From an uncultured Bacilli bacterium (GTDB lineage: Bacteria > Bacillota_I > Bacilli_A > RF39 > UBA660): a stretch of 64,000 bases of DNA. Shown piece by piece: positions 37,277 through 45,646 of the stretch; positions within the stretch are counted from its first letter, which is position 1; each line of letters begins with the position of its first letter. Location of the stretch: positions 1,721 to 65,720 of the forward strand of contig CAKOLH010000003.1 of the NCBI GenBank assembly GCA_934096105.1, written 5' to 3'. The notes below the pieces were generated by a model, which worked only from the letters and a program-made list of their open reading frames with translations, did no database searches and was not told where the DNA came from. Position numbers and translations under genes: made by a program.

Positions 37277-37975
37277 ATGAAATGCTGTGGAAATTGTGAA
37301 TGGTGTATTACTGAAGAAGAAGAACTTGCTCAAATAAAAGAAAAAAATTATGATGAAGAGGATCTAAATAGACCACTTACTGGAGATTGTTCTCTTGGAA
37401 TTGATCCTGGCGAAAACTATTGCTGTAGTCAGCATAATTACATGGAAAAATTAACCAATATTTATGTATTATATGATGAAAACTATTTTGGACCAGGTTA
37501 TTTTATAGTTACGGAATATAATAAAGAACCAGTTATACTTATAAAAATGTTTATCGCAGGTAGTAAAACTTTTCCTGAATTCAAATTATTTGCTTATGAA
37601 AGAGAAAGTGCAAACTATTCTACAAAATTAAATAAAAATATAGACCTATTAGTATTCAAAAAAAATAATGAAGATTTGTATCAGATAGTTAAATTACTAT
37701 CTTCATCACTACCATATGATACAGTTCCATCAGCAGAGTATAGTAAAGAAAATAGTAGCATACACATAAATGTTACCGAAGACTACGCTGACATAAATAT
37801 ATCAAAAGATATAGTTAGTGATAAAGATAATAAAGATTTCATAAACATAACACTAGGAGACCCATACACCTGCAAAAACTATATTCAGTTAAGTACCTTT
37901 TATAATAGATTAGCCAAGCTAAGTAAAGGTGTACTTAAAGAAGAAGGAATGAAAAAAATCCTGAAAATAAAATAA
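37277..37975 (+). CDS. hypothetical Cys-rich cytoplasmic protein
   Basis: ATG at 37277 with SD gaggtg. The N-terminus is MKCCGNCEWC...DCSLG...YCCSQH. No recognised family. Confidence 0.55.
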   Translation: MKCCGNCEWCITEEEELAQIKEKNYDEEDLNRPLTGDCSLGIDPGENYCCSQHNYMEKLTNIYVLYDENYFGPGYFIVTEYNKEPVILIKMFIAGSKTFPEFKLFAYERESANYSTKLNKNIDLLVFKKNNEDLYQIVKLLSSSLPYDTVPSAEYSKENSSIHINVTEDYADINISKDIVSDKDNKDFINITLGDPYTCKNYIQLSTFYNRLAKLSKGVLKEEGMKKILKIK

Positions 37976-38083
37976 ATATAACTAAAGGTAGATTTTTGTC
38001 TATCTTTAATTATTTACTAAAAAACTATTGTAATTTACTCTAGGTATTTGATATAATTAAATAGACAAAGAAAGGTGATTAAA

Positions 38084-38533
38084 ATGGAAGAATACAAAAT
38101 AATTACTCATGATGAAAATGAGACAATTGCAGTAGCACAAAATATCGAATCAGAAAAATTTCCTAATATGGTTATATGCTTAAATGGAGACCTTGGCAGT
38201 GGTAAGACACTATTTACTAAAGGCTTTGCTCATGCCATGGGAATAGATGAGATAACTTCACCTACATTTACAATTATAAAAGAATATGTTGGTGAATTAC
38301 CACTATATCATATGGATGTATATAGACTAGAGGATTCAAAAGAAGACATAGGAATAGAAGAGTATTTTGACAAGGGAGGAGTAACCATTATCGAGTGGGC
38401 TGATATGATTAAAGATATCCTACCTCCAGAAAGATTAGATATAAAGATAAAAATAACAGGAGAAAACACAAGAGTATTAATATTAACTCCACATGGAGAA
38501 AAATATACTAATATTTGTGAGGCTATAATATGA
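38084..38533 (+). CDS. tsaE: tRNA t6A37 biosynthesis ATPase TsaE
   Basis: P-loop GDLGSGKT and SPTFT.. motifs; heads the tsaE-tsaB-rimI-tsaD cluster. Confidence 0.9.
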   Translation: MEEYKIITHDENETIAVAQNIESEKFPNMVICLNGDLGSGKTLFTKGFAHAMGIDEITSPTFTIIKEYVGELPLYHMDVYRLEDSKEDIGIEEYFDKGGVTIIEWADMIKDILPPERLDIKIKITGENTRVLILTPHGEKYTNICEAII

Positions 38534-39126
38534 TAAGCTTATTCATAGATACATCATTATCCGATGTATCTATTGCCTTAGTAAAAGAAGGAAAACTTTT
38601 ATCTAATATCAAAAATACCAGTCCTAAAGAACATTCTATATATACTACAAAATTCATTGAAGATATTTTAAAAGAAAATAACTTAGAGCCAAATGATGTA
38701 AATGAGATAGTAGTTGTAAACGGCCCAGGATCATTTACAGGCATAAGAATAGGAGTAACAATAGCCAAGATGTATGCTTATCTCCTAAAAATAAGTATAA
38801 AAGAGATAACATCCTTAAAAATAAGAGTATTAGGCTTTACTGGAGATTATTTTCTATCTACCATAGATGCCAAACATGGTAACTATTACATAGGATTATA
38901 CGATAAAGAGTATAATACCATTACTGAAGAGTTTAACAATATAGATAGAATAGATGAGTTAAAAGAAAAATATAATCCAGTCTTAGTAACCGAAACAGAT
39001 GATTATGATATTGAAGAGATAATTAAATATGCCAAGAATCTTCCTAGTATTAATCCACATGCAGTAAATCCAGTATATTTAAAATTACCCGAGGCTATGG
39101 AAAAAAATGATAAAAGAAGTAGTTAA
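38530..39126 (+). CDS. tsaB: tRNA t6A37 biosynthesis protein TsaB
   Basis: VVNGPGSFTGIRIGV motif and synteny. Confidence 0.88.
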   Translation: MISLFIDTSLSDVSIALVKEGKLLSNIKNTSPKEHSIYTTKFIEDILKENNLEPNDVNEIVVVNGPGSFTGIRIGVTIAKMYAYLLKISIKEITSLKIRVLGFTGDYFLSTIDAKHGNYYIGLYDKEYNTITEEFNNIDRIDELKEKYNPVLVTETDDYDIEEIIKYAKNLPSINPHAVNPVYLKLPEAMEKNDKRSS

Positions 39127-39457
39127 TAATGACAATCCCTTTTCAAAAGAAATTCAGTATATAGAAGATAACAATGTACTAGGAGAATTAAAATACTCTC
39201 TAATATATGAAAGAATGGAAGTAGATAATATTCTTGTAAAAGAAGAGTATCGTGGTAGAGGAATAGGAACCAAATTAATGAGTTACCTAGTATCCGAAGC
39301 CATCCATCATAAAGTAATAAATATAACTCTTGAAGTAAGAGTAAGCAATAGTAGAGCAATAAATCTTTATAAGAAGTTTGGTTTTCGTGAGGTAGCCCTA
39401 AGAAAATACTATTATGGAGATGAAGATGCAATACTTATGGAAAAACAGGTGATGTAA
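39107..39457 (+). CDS. rimI: ribosomal-protein-alanine N-acetyltransferase RimI (short)
   Basis: GNAT motif YRGRGIGTKLM; lies between tsaB and tsaD. Confidence 0.8.
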   Translation: MIKEVVNNDNPFSKEIQYIEDNNVLGELKYSLIYERMEVDNILVKEEYRGRGIGTKLMSYLVSEAIHHKVINITLEVRVSNSRAINLYKKFGFREVALRKYYYGDEDAILMEKQVM

Positions 39458-40468
39458 ATGAAAGATGTATATATACTTGGAATAGAGTCAAGTTGTGATG
39501 AAACTAGTATGAGTATAGTAAAAAATGGCTCTGAAGAAATAGCCACTGTAGTACTAAGTCAAATAGATATTCATAAAAACTATGGTGGAGTAGTACCAGA
39601 AATAGCAAGTAGAAATCATATCGAAAATATAACAATAGTCCTTGAAGAATTATTAAGTAAGACTAATCTAACTATGGATGATATAACTGCCATAGCGGTA
39701 ACATATGGTCCAGGACTAATAGGAAGTCTATTAATAGGAGTACAGGCCGCTAAAACAATGGCTTTAGTAACAGGAAAACCATTAGTACCAGTTCATCATA
39801 TAGCGGGACATATCTATGCTAACAATTTAGAAGGAAGATTACAGTTCCCCATAATAGCTTTAGTAGTAAGTGGTGGTCATACCGAACTAGTCTATATGAA
39901 AGAAGACTATTCCTTTGAACGAATAGGAGGTACTTTAGATGATGCTGTTGGTGAGTGCTATGATAAGGTAGCCAAAGTAATAGGATTAGAATATCCTGGC
40001 GGCCCCAAAGTAGACAAACTAGCTCATCAAGGTAAAGTAACCTATGACCTACCATTACCATTAAACGATAAAACATATAACTTTAGTTTCAGTGGTATTA
40101 AGTCAGCAGTTATTAATCTAGTACATAATGAAAATCAAAGAGGAAATACCATAAATAAAGAAGACTTATGTGCTACTTTCCAACATAATGTTGTTGAAGT
40201 AATAGCTAAGAAAACAATGCATGCCTTAAAAGAATATCATGTAAACAATCTTATAGTAGCGGGAGGAGTATCTGCTAATACCGGTCTAAGAGAAAGACTA
40301 GAAAAAGACTGCAAAGAAAACAATATTAACTTATCAATACCAAGAATACAATATTGTACAGATAATGCCACTATGATAGCAGCAGCAGCCTATTTTGCCC
40401 ATAAGAAAAATATCTTCGCAGACCAGACACTAAATGCTGTAGCCACAGATAGTCTATATAAATATTAA
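39458..40468 (+). CDS. tsaD: tRNA N6-adenosine threonylcarbamoyltransferase TsaD
   Basis: GIESSCDETS, HIAGH and VSGGHTE motifs. Confidence 0.95.
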   Translation: MKDVYILGIESSCDETSMSIVKNGSEEIATVVLSQIDIHKNYGGVVPEIASRNHIENITIVLEELLSKTNLTMDDITAIAVTYGPGLIGSLLIGVQAAKTMALVTGKPLVPVHHIAGHIYANNLEGRLQFPIIALVVSGGHTELVYMKEDYSFERIGGTLDDAVGECYDKVAKVIGLEYPGGPKVDKLAHQGKVTYDLPLPLNDKTYNFSFSGIKSAVINLVHNENQRGNTINKEDLCATFQHNVVEVIAKKTMHALKEYHVNNLIVAGGVSANTGLRERLEKDCKENNINLSIPRIQYCTDNATMIAAAAYFAHKKNIFADQTLNAVATDSLYKY

Positions 40469-40587
40469 AAAAAGTTAAGGAAGAAAGTTAGAAAATTATC
40501 GCTTTCTTTTTTTCTTTTAGACTAACTTTATTATGCTAAAAAAATTCACCTCATATAATAAAGTGATTATGAATAGAGGTGAGATAA

Positions 40588-40863
40588 ATGAAATTCATAA
40601 CAGAAAATACAGAATTAATGGTAACATTATTAACCATGACCTTAACATGGATATTGGGATTTATATCAAAAAGATGTCCTTATATAAATAATAACCTAAT
40701 AATAATACAAAATATCGTCATAGGATTATGCGTATCAATATTTTATTTCATAATAACCAAAGACTTTAATTTAGCAATAACATTAAGTGGTCTATTCGCC
40801 GAAACAGGATACAATCTTATTCATAATATAGAAAAACTGATAAAGGAGGGTAAAAATGGTTAA
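40588..40863 (+). CDS. phage-type holin (small multi-TM protein)
   Basis: 91 aa with TM segments and a charged C-terminus (KLIKEGKNG). It overlaps the downstream amidase start by 8 nt, as in phage lysis cassettes. Confidence 0.6.
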   Translation: MKFITENTELMVTLLTMTLTWILGFISKRCPYINNNLIIIQNIVIGLCVSIFYFIITKDFNLAITLSGLFAETGYNLIHNIEKLIKEGKNG

Positions 40864-41767
40864 TATTGTAAAAAAAATAGTACCAGAAAGTAGATATTAT
40901 CTAAAATGCCCTTATGAGATGACTCCTACTAGAATAGTAGTACATAATACCGCTAATGATGCTACTGCTAGAAATGAAATAAGCTATATGACAAATAATG
41001 ACTATGAAACATCATTTCATTATGCTGTAGATGATAAAGAAATAGTCCAGGGACTTCCTGAAAATAGAAATGGTTGGCATGCTAGTGATGGTAATGGTAA
41101 AGGAAATAGAGAAGGAATAGCTATAGAAATATGTTATTCTAAGTCAGGTGGAGACCGCTTCATTAAGGCTGAAGAGAATGCAGTAGACTTAATCGTAGAT
41201 ATATTAAATAGATATAATTGGGATATCGATAAAGTAACAAAGCACCAAGATTATACTAATAAATATTGTCCACATCGAACATTAGATTTAGGCTGGGATA
41301 GATTTATTAATATGATAAAAGAAAAGTTATCAGAAACAAGAGCAAGACCTTTTGTAGTAGGAGAAATATTATACAATAAAGAAGATTTATATTTACATGA
41401 GACTGCGGGCTATGGTGGGGGGCTAATGCTTTTAAAGAAAGATACAAAGTCAGTAGTTAAAAAATATCATTATAATAAAGGCTTATACATGGCTTTAGGA
41501 GACACTAATTCTTATTATGATGCTGCTTGGACAGATGAATATAGTAAATTTACTACTGAAGAACCTATAGTACCAGAGGAGCCAAAAGTTCCAGAAGAGC
41601 CAAAAGAAGATAATACTAAAAATGAAGAAGATAATACTAAAGATGATAACAAAGATAAAGATAATGAAATAGAATTACCAGTACAAGATAGAGAAAATCC
41701 CTTATTATGGTTATTAGATAAAATTATAAAATTCATAGTTAAATTATTCAAAGGGAGGAAAAAATAA
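40856..41767 (+). CDS. N-acetylmuramoyl-L-alanine amidase (Amidase_2/PGRP type), endolysin-like
   Basis: RIVVHNTAN...GWHA...NREGIAIEIC...HQDYTNKYCPH catalytic pattern, a central putative binding region, a PEEPK/DNTK repeat linker and a C-terminal amphipathic helix. Confidence 0.8.
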   Translation: MVNIVKKIVPESRYYLKCPYEMTPTRIVVHNTANDATARNEISYMTNNDYETSFHYAVDDKEIVQGLPENRNGWHASDGNGKGNREGIAIEICYSKSGGDRFIKAEENAVDLIVDILNRYNWDIDKVTKHQDYTNKYCPHRTLDLGWDRFINMIKEKLSETRARPFVVGEILYNKEDLYLHETAGYGGGLMLLKKDTKSVVKKYHYNKGLYMALGDTNSYYDAAWTDEYSKFTTEEPIVPEEPKVPEEPKEDNTKNEEDNTKDDNKDKDNEIELPVQDRENPLLWLLDKIIKFIVKLFKGRKK

Positions 41768-41786
41768 TTCCTTCTTTCTTTTTGTT

Positions 41787-41876
41787 CAGTCCGAGCCTAA
41801 GGTCTCGGGACTGCTATAGAAAGCCTTAATAAGTCTTTCTATAGAAAATCAGAGCCTATTAGTAGTCTCTGATTTT
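41787..41876. repeat. palindromic units C1+C2+C3
   Basis: cagtccgag|cctaaggt|ctcgggactg ; ctatagaaag|ccttaataagt|ctttctatag ; aaaatcagag|cctattagtagt|ctctgatttt. The three units are directly abutting and begin 20 nt after the amidase stop. Confidence 0.88.
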
Positions 41877-41898
41877 AAGTATATTATAGTTATTATAA

Positions 41899-41963
41899 AA
41901 TCTACAAATAACCGAATGAAAATCCCACAAATAATCGAATGAAAAATCTACAAATAACCGAAT
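41899..41963 (+). repeat. three iteron-like direct repeats
   Basis: Core tctacaaataaccgaat at 41901-41917 and 41947-41963 (identical), and tcccacaaataatcgaat at 41923-41940. Each is preceded by an A-run, with periods of 22 and 24 bp. The array ends 5 nt before a TTGATT-17-TATAAT promoter (41969-41997). Confidence 0.8.
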
Positions 41964-42018
41964 TGTTATTGATTAAATTATTATTTAATGATATAATTTT
42001 ATTAGAGGAGGTATTTCT

Positions 42019-43293
42019 ATGAAGGAATATAAGAAAAGAATTGCCGATGAATTACTTGAGAGAAAGTTAAAAGGAAAGGGTGCTGTTTTAATTGAGGGAC
42101 CTAAATGGTGTGGTAAAACAACTACTGCAGAACAAGTATCTGGCAGTATACTATATATGGCGACTCCGGAAGACAAAGAGCAAAATATTGCACTAGCAGA
42201 GTTAAACCCAAGTTTGCTATTAAAAGGTGAAACACCAAGACTAATTGACGAATGGCAAATAGCACCTAAATTATGGGATGCTATAAGGTTTGAAGTCGAC
42301 CATCGTGGTGAAGAGGGACAGTTTATTTTAACAGGTTCAGCAGTACCAGCAGACCTGAAAGATGTAACACATACTGGAACAGGAAGAATTGCAAGATTAA
42401 CAATGAGACCAATGACACTTTATGAGTCAGGAGAATCAAATGGAACAGTTAGTCTTTCAGAACTATTAAGCGGCAATTCAAAAATAAGTGGTATAAATGA
42501 ATTGTCTCTAGAAGATATTGCTTATCTATGCTGTCGAGGAGGTTGGCCTAGAAGTATTTTTATGGACAAAGATATAGCCTTAGATCAGGCGTTTGATTAT
42601 TATGATGCTATTGTCAATTCTGATATTTCTAGAGTTGACAATGTAGATAGAAATCCCGAGAGGGCTAAAAACTTAATGAGAAGTTATGCAAGAAATATTG
42701 GTAGTCAAGCATCAAATGAAACATTAAGAAACGATATGATAAATAATGATTCTACATCTTTAGATACTGACACCATATTATCGTACATCAATGCCCTAAA
42801 AAAAATATTTGTTATCGAAGAATCACTAGCATGGAATCCAAACTTAAGAAGTAAAACAGCCATAAGAACATCTGAAACAAGATATTTTATTGATCCTTCA
42901 ATTGCAGTAGCGGCCCTAGGTCTTGGACCAAATGATCTAATAAACGATCTAAATACATTTGGATTAATATTTGAAACATTATGTATTCGTGATCTAAGAG
43001 TGTATGCCGAAAGTATTAATGGAAGTATTTACCACTATAGAGATGCTTCAGAATTAGAATGTGATGCTGTAATACACCTAAGAAATGGCTCTTACGGTTT
43101 AATTGAAATTAAATTAGGAGGAGACAAACTAATTAATGAAGGTGCACAAAATTTAATAAAAATGAAAAACAAAATAGATACTAACAAAATGAAAAACCCA
43201 TCATTCTTGATGGTATTAACAGCAACAAGTAAGTATGCTTACCAAAGAGAAGATGGAGTATATGTAATTCCTATTGGATGTTTAAAGGGATAA
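42019..43293 (+). CDS. AAA-family ATPase (AAA_14 + DUF4143-type architecture)
   Basis: 424 aa with SD gaggagg and Walker A GPKWCGKTTTA. The overall layout is typical of the COG1373 ATPase family. Confidence 0.7.
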   Translation: MKEYKKRIADELLERKLKGKGAVLIEGPKWCGKTTTAEQVSGSILYMATPEDKEQNIALAELNPSLLLKGETPRLIDEWQIAPKLWDAIRFEVDHRGEEGQFILTGSAVPADLKDVTHTGTGRIARLTMRPMTLYESGESNGTVSLSELLSGNSKISGINELSLEDIAYLCCRGGWPRSIFMDKDIALDQAFDYYDAIVNSDISRVDNVDRNPERAKNLMRSYARNIGSQASNETLRNDMINNDSTSLDTDTILSYINALKKIFVIEESLAWNPNLRSKTAIRTSETRYFIDPSIAVAALGLGPNDLINDLNTFGLIFETLCIRDLRVYAESINGSIYHYRDASELECDAVIHLRNGSYGLIEIKLGGDKLINEGAQNLIKMKNKIDTNKMKNPSFLMVLTATSKYAYQREDGVYVIPIGCLKG

Positions 43294-43380
43294 AGTGCCA
43301 AGTAAAAAATTAGCACTTTTCTTTTTTAATTTTAAATACATTCAATTTTTTGTTCAACACCAATATCTAAGTTATCATAT

Positions 43381-43466
43381 CTGGCTTATATATAATAGAT
43401 ATGTAGATATATCATTTATAGACTACAGGCTATAAATGACACACTATAGACCCAGGCTATAGTGTG
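43381..43466. repeat. 21-nt leader plus palindromic units D1+D2 (opposite orientation to A, B, C and E)
   Basis: Leader ctggcttatatataatagata, then tcatttatag|actacagg|ctataaatga and cacactatag|acccagg|ctatagtgtg. It lies 87 nt before the pcrA start. Confidence 0.85.
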
Positions 43467-43552
43467 AATAAAATAAAAAAATATTCTTATCTTTACTTCA
43501 CTATATTATCAAAATATGATAAAATGAAGTAAAGAAAGATGAGGTAGACAAG

Positions 43553-45634
43553 ATGAAAGTTTTAGAATTAAATAAGAATCAGCAAGAAGCTGTTAATCAT
43601 ATAAATGGACCAATGTTAGTACTCGCAGGAGCAGGTTCAGGAAAGACCAAAGTACTAACTAGTAGAATAGCAAATTTAATAGAAAATGGAATAAGTCCAT
43701 ATAACATATTAGCAATAACCTTTACTAATAAAGCCGCTAAAGAAATGAAAGATAGAGTAGTATCTCTAATAGGAAGTACTGCCAATAATATACAAATATC
43801 AACATTTCACTCTTTAGGACTTAGAATACTAAAAGAAAACTATAGCCTATTAGGCTATGAAAGAAACTTTACTATCATAGATAGTGATGATGTCTTAACT
43901 ATTATTAAAAAAATAATGAAAGATCTAAATATGAGTAAAGAATACTATAATCCTAGAGAAATAAAGAATAAAATAAGTTCTGCTAAAAACGAAATGATGG
44001 ATGTAGAAAAATTCTCTAAAATAGAATTTGATCATAAGGTAGTAGAAGTATATAAAACATATCAAAAAAAATTAAAACAAGGAAATTCTGTAGACTTCGA
44101 CGATTTATTAATATTACCAATAAAACTATTTAAGAACTATCCAAATGTCTTAAATGACTATCAAGAAAGATATAAATATATATTAATAGATGAATATCAA
44201 GATACAAATGAAGCTCAATATACCTTCAGTAGACTACTATCATCTAAATATCGTAATATCTTTGTAGTAGGAGATAATGACCAAGCCATATATGCCTTCC
44301 GTGGAGCCAATTATAAAAACATCTTAAACTTTGAAAAAGACTATCCCGAAGCAAAAACAATATTACTTGAAGAAAACTATCGTTCTACTAAAAACATCTT
44401 AAATGCCGCTAATAGCGTTATAAAAAATAATAGAGAAAGAAAAGATAAAAATCTATGGAGTAATAACGAAGAAGGAGATAAAATAAAATATAAAAAAGTA
44501 TCAACCGAAAAAGAAGAAGCTTCCTTTGTCGTAGGAGAAATAAAAGATTTAATATCAAAAGGTATTAAAGAAGAAGCTATAGCGGTCCTATATCGAACCA
44601 ATGCTCAGTCAAGAACTATTGAAGAGGAATTACTAAAAAAGAATATCAAATATAGAGTAGTAGGAAGTTTCTATTTCTATAATAGAAAAGAAATAAAAGA
44701 TTTATTATGTTATCTAAGATTAATAAATAATCATAAAGATGATGTAAGTTTGCTTAGAATAATCAATACTCCAAAAAGAGGAATTGGTGAAAAAACAATT
44801 GATAACCTAACCTCGTTAGCAGAAGATGCCGGTATTTCTATCTATGAAGCCATTACTACAGGTAAAGAATTAACTTTTAAAGAACTAATCGAAGAACTAA
44901 CTAAAGATAGTGAGAAAATGTCACTTACTGAATTAGTTGATGACATTCTAGATAAAAGCGGTATAAGAAAAGAATTAGAAAGTTCTAAATTACTCGAAGA
45001 TGAAATAAGACTAGAAAACTTAAACGAATTTAAAGGAGTTACCAAGAGTTATGAAGAAGAATATGGTTCAGCAAGCCTAGAGGACTTTCTTGAAGAAATA
45101 TCCCTAGTTAGTGATATAACCGAACATCAAGATAGTGATGGAAGAGTAAGTTTAATGACCGTTCACTCTGTAAAAGGACTAGAATTTGATTATGTCTTTA
45201 TCGTTGGCATGGAAGAAGGAATATTCCCACATTACAACGCTATCAATGATGGAAGCAATTCCGCTATTGAAGAAGAACGTAGACTATGCTATGTAGCCAT
45301 TACCAGAGCCAAGAAAAAACTCTATATAACATCTGCTGATACTCGTATGTTATTTGGAAATACCAGTAGAAATATGCCAAGTAGATTTATAAATGAAATA
45401 GATAAAGAATATATTGAAGTAGAAGGAATAAAACCCCTTACTAAGATGGTATCAAATATCAAGAAAAAGATTGATAAAAATGCTGAATACACCGTAGGAG
45501 AACATATTGTTCATACTGAGTTTGGCGAAGGTGTCGTAATAGGAGTAGATAAATCAATCCTAACCGTAGCCTTTCCACATCCAACAGGTATAAGAAAGCT
45601 TATGAAAGGTCATCCAAATATCAAGAAAATATAA
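43553..45634 (+). CDS. pcrA: ATP-dependent DNA helicase PcrA
   Basis: UvrD/PcrA motifs AGAGSGKT, DEYQDTN, VGDNDQAIY.FRGA and VHSVKGLEF; 693 aa. Confidence 0.95.
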   Translation: MKVLELNKNQQEAVNHINGPMLVLAGAGSGKTKVLTSRIANLIENGISPYNILAITFTNKAAKEMKDRVVSLIGSTANNIQISTFHSLGLRILKENYSLLGYERNFTIIDSDDVLTIIKKIMKDLNMSKEYYNPREIKNKISSAKNEMMDVEKFSKIEFDHKVVEVYKTYQKKLKQGNSVDFDDLLILPIKLFKNYPNVLNDYQERYKYILIDEYQDTNEAQYTFSRLLSSKYRNIFVVGDNDQAIYAFRGANYKNILNFEKDYPEAKTILLEENYRSTKNILNAANSVIKNNRERKDKNLWSNNEEGDKIKYKKVSTEKEEASFVVGEIKDLISKGIKEEAIAVLYRTNAQSRTIEEELLKKNIKYRVVGSFYFYNRKEIKDLLCYLRLINNHKDDVSLLRIINTPKRGIGEKTIDNLTSLAEDAGISIYEAITTGKELTFKELIEELTKDSEKMSLTELVDDILDKSGIRKELESSKLLEDEIRLENLNEFKGVTKSYEEEYGSASLEDFLEEISLVSDITEHQDSDGRVSLMTVHSVKGLEFDYVFIVGMEEGIFPHYNAINDGSNSAIEEERRLCYVAITRAKKKLYITSADTRMLFGNTSRNMPSRFINEIDKEYIEVEGIKPLTKMVSNIKKKIDKNAEYTVGEHIVHTEFGEGVVIGVDKSILTVAFPHPTGIRKLMKGHPNIKKI

Positions 45635-45646
45635 AAAGGAGTTACT

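Noticed and set aside
43398-43413. Extra weak hairpins between the 21-nt leader and the first units (gatat-gtagat-atatc in D; atacca-c-tggtat at 47692-47704 in F)
   Set aside because: The stems are short (5-6 bp) and lack the conserved core, and one has an impossible 1-nt loop. They are noted only as part of the leader-unit spacer.
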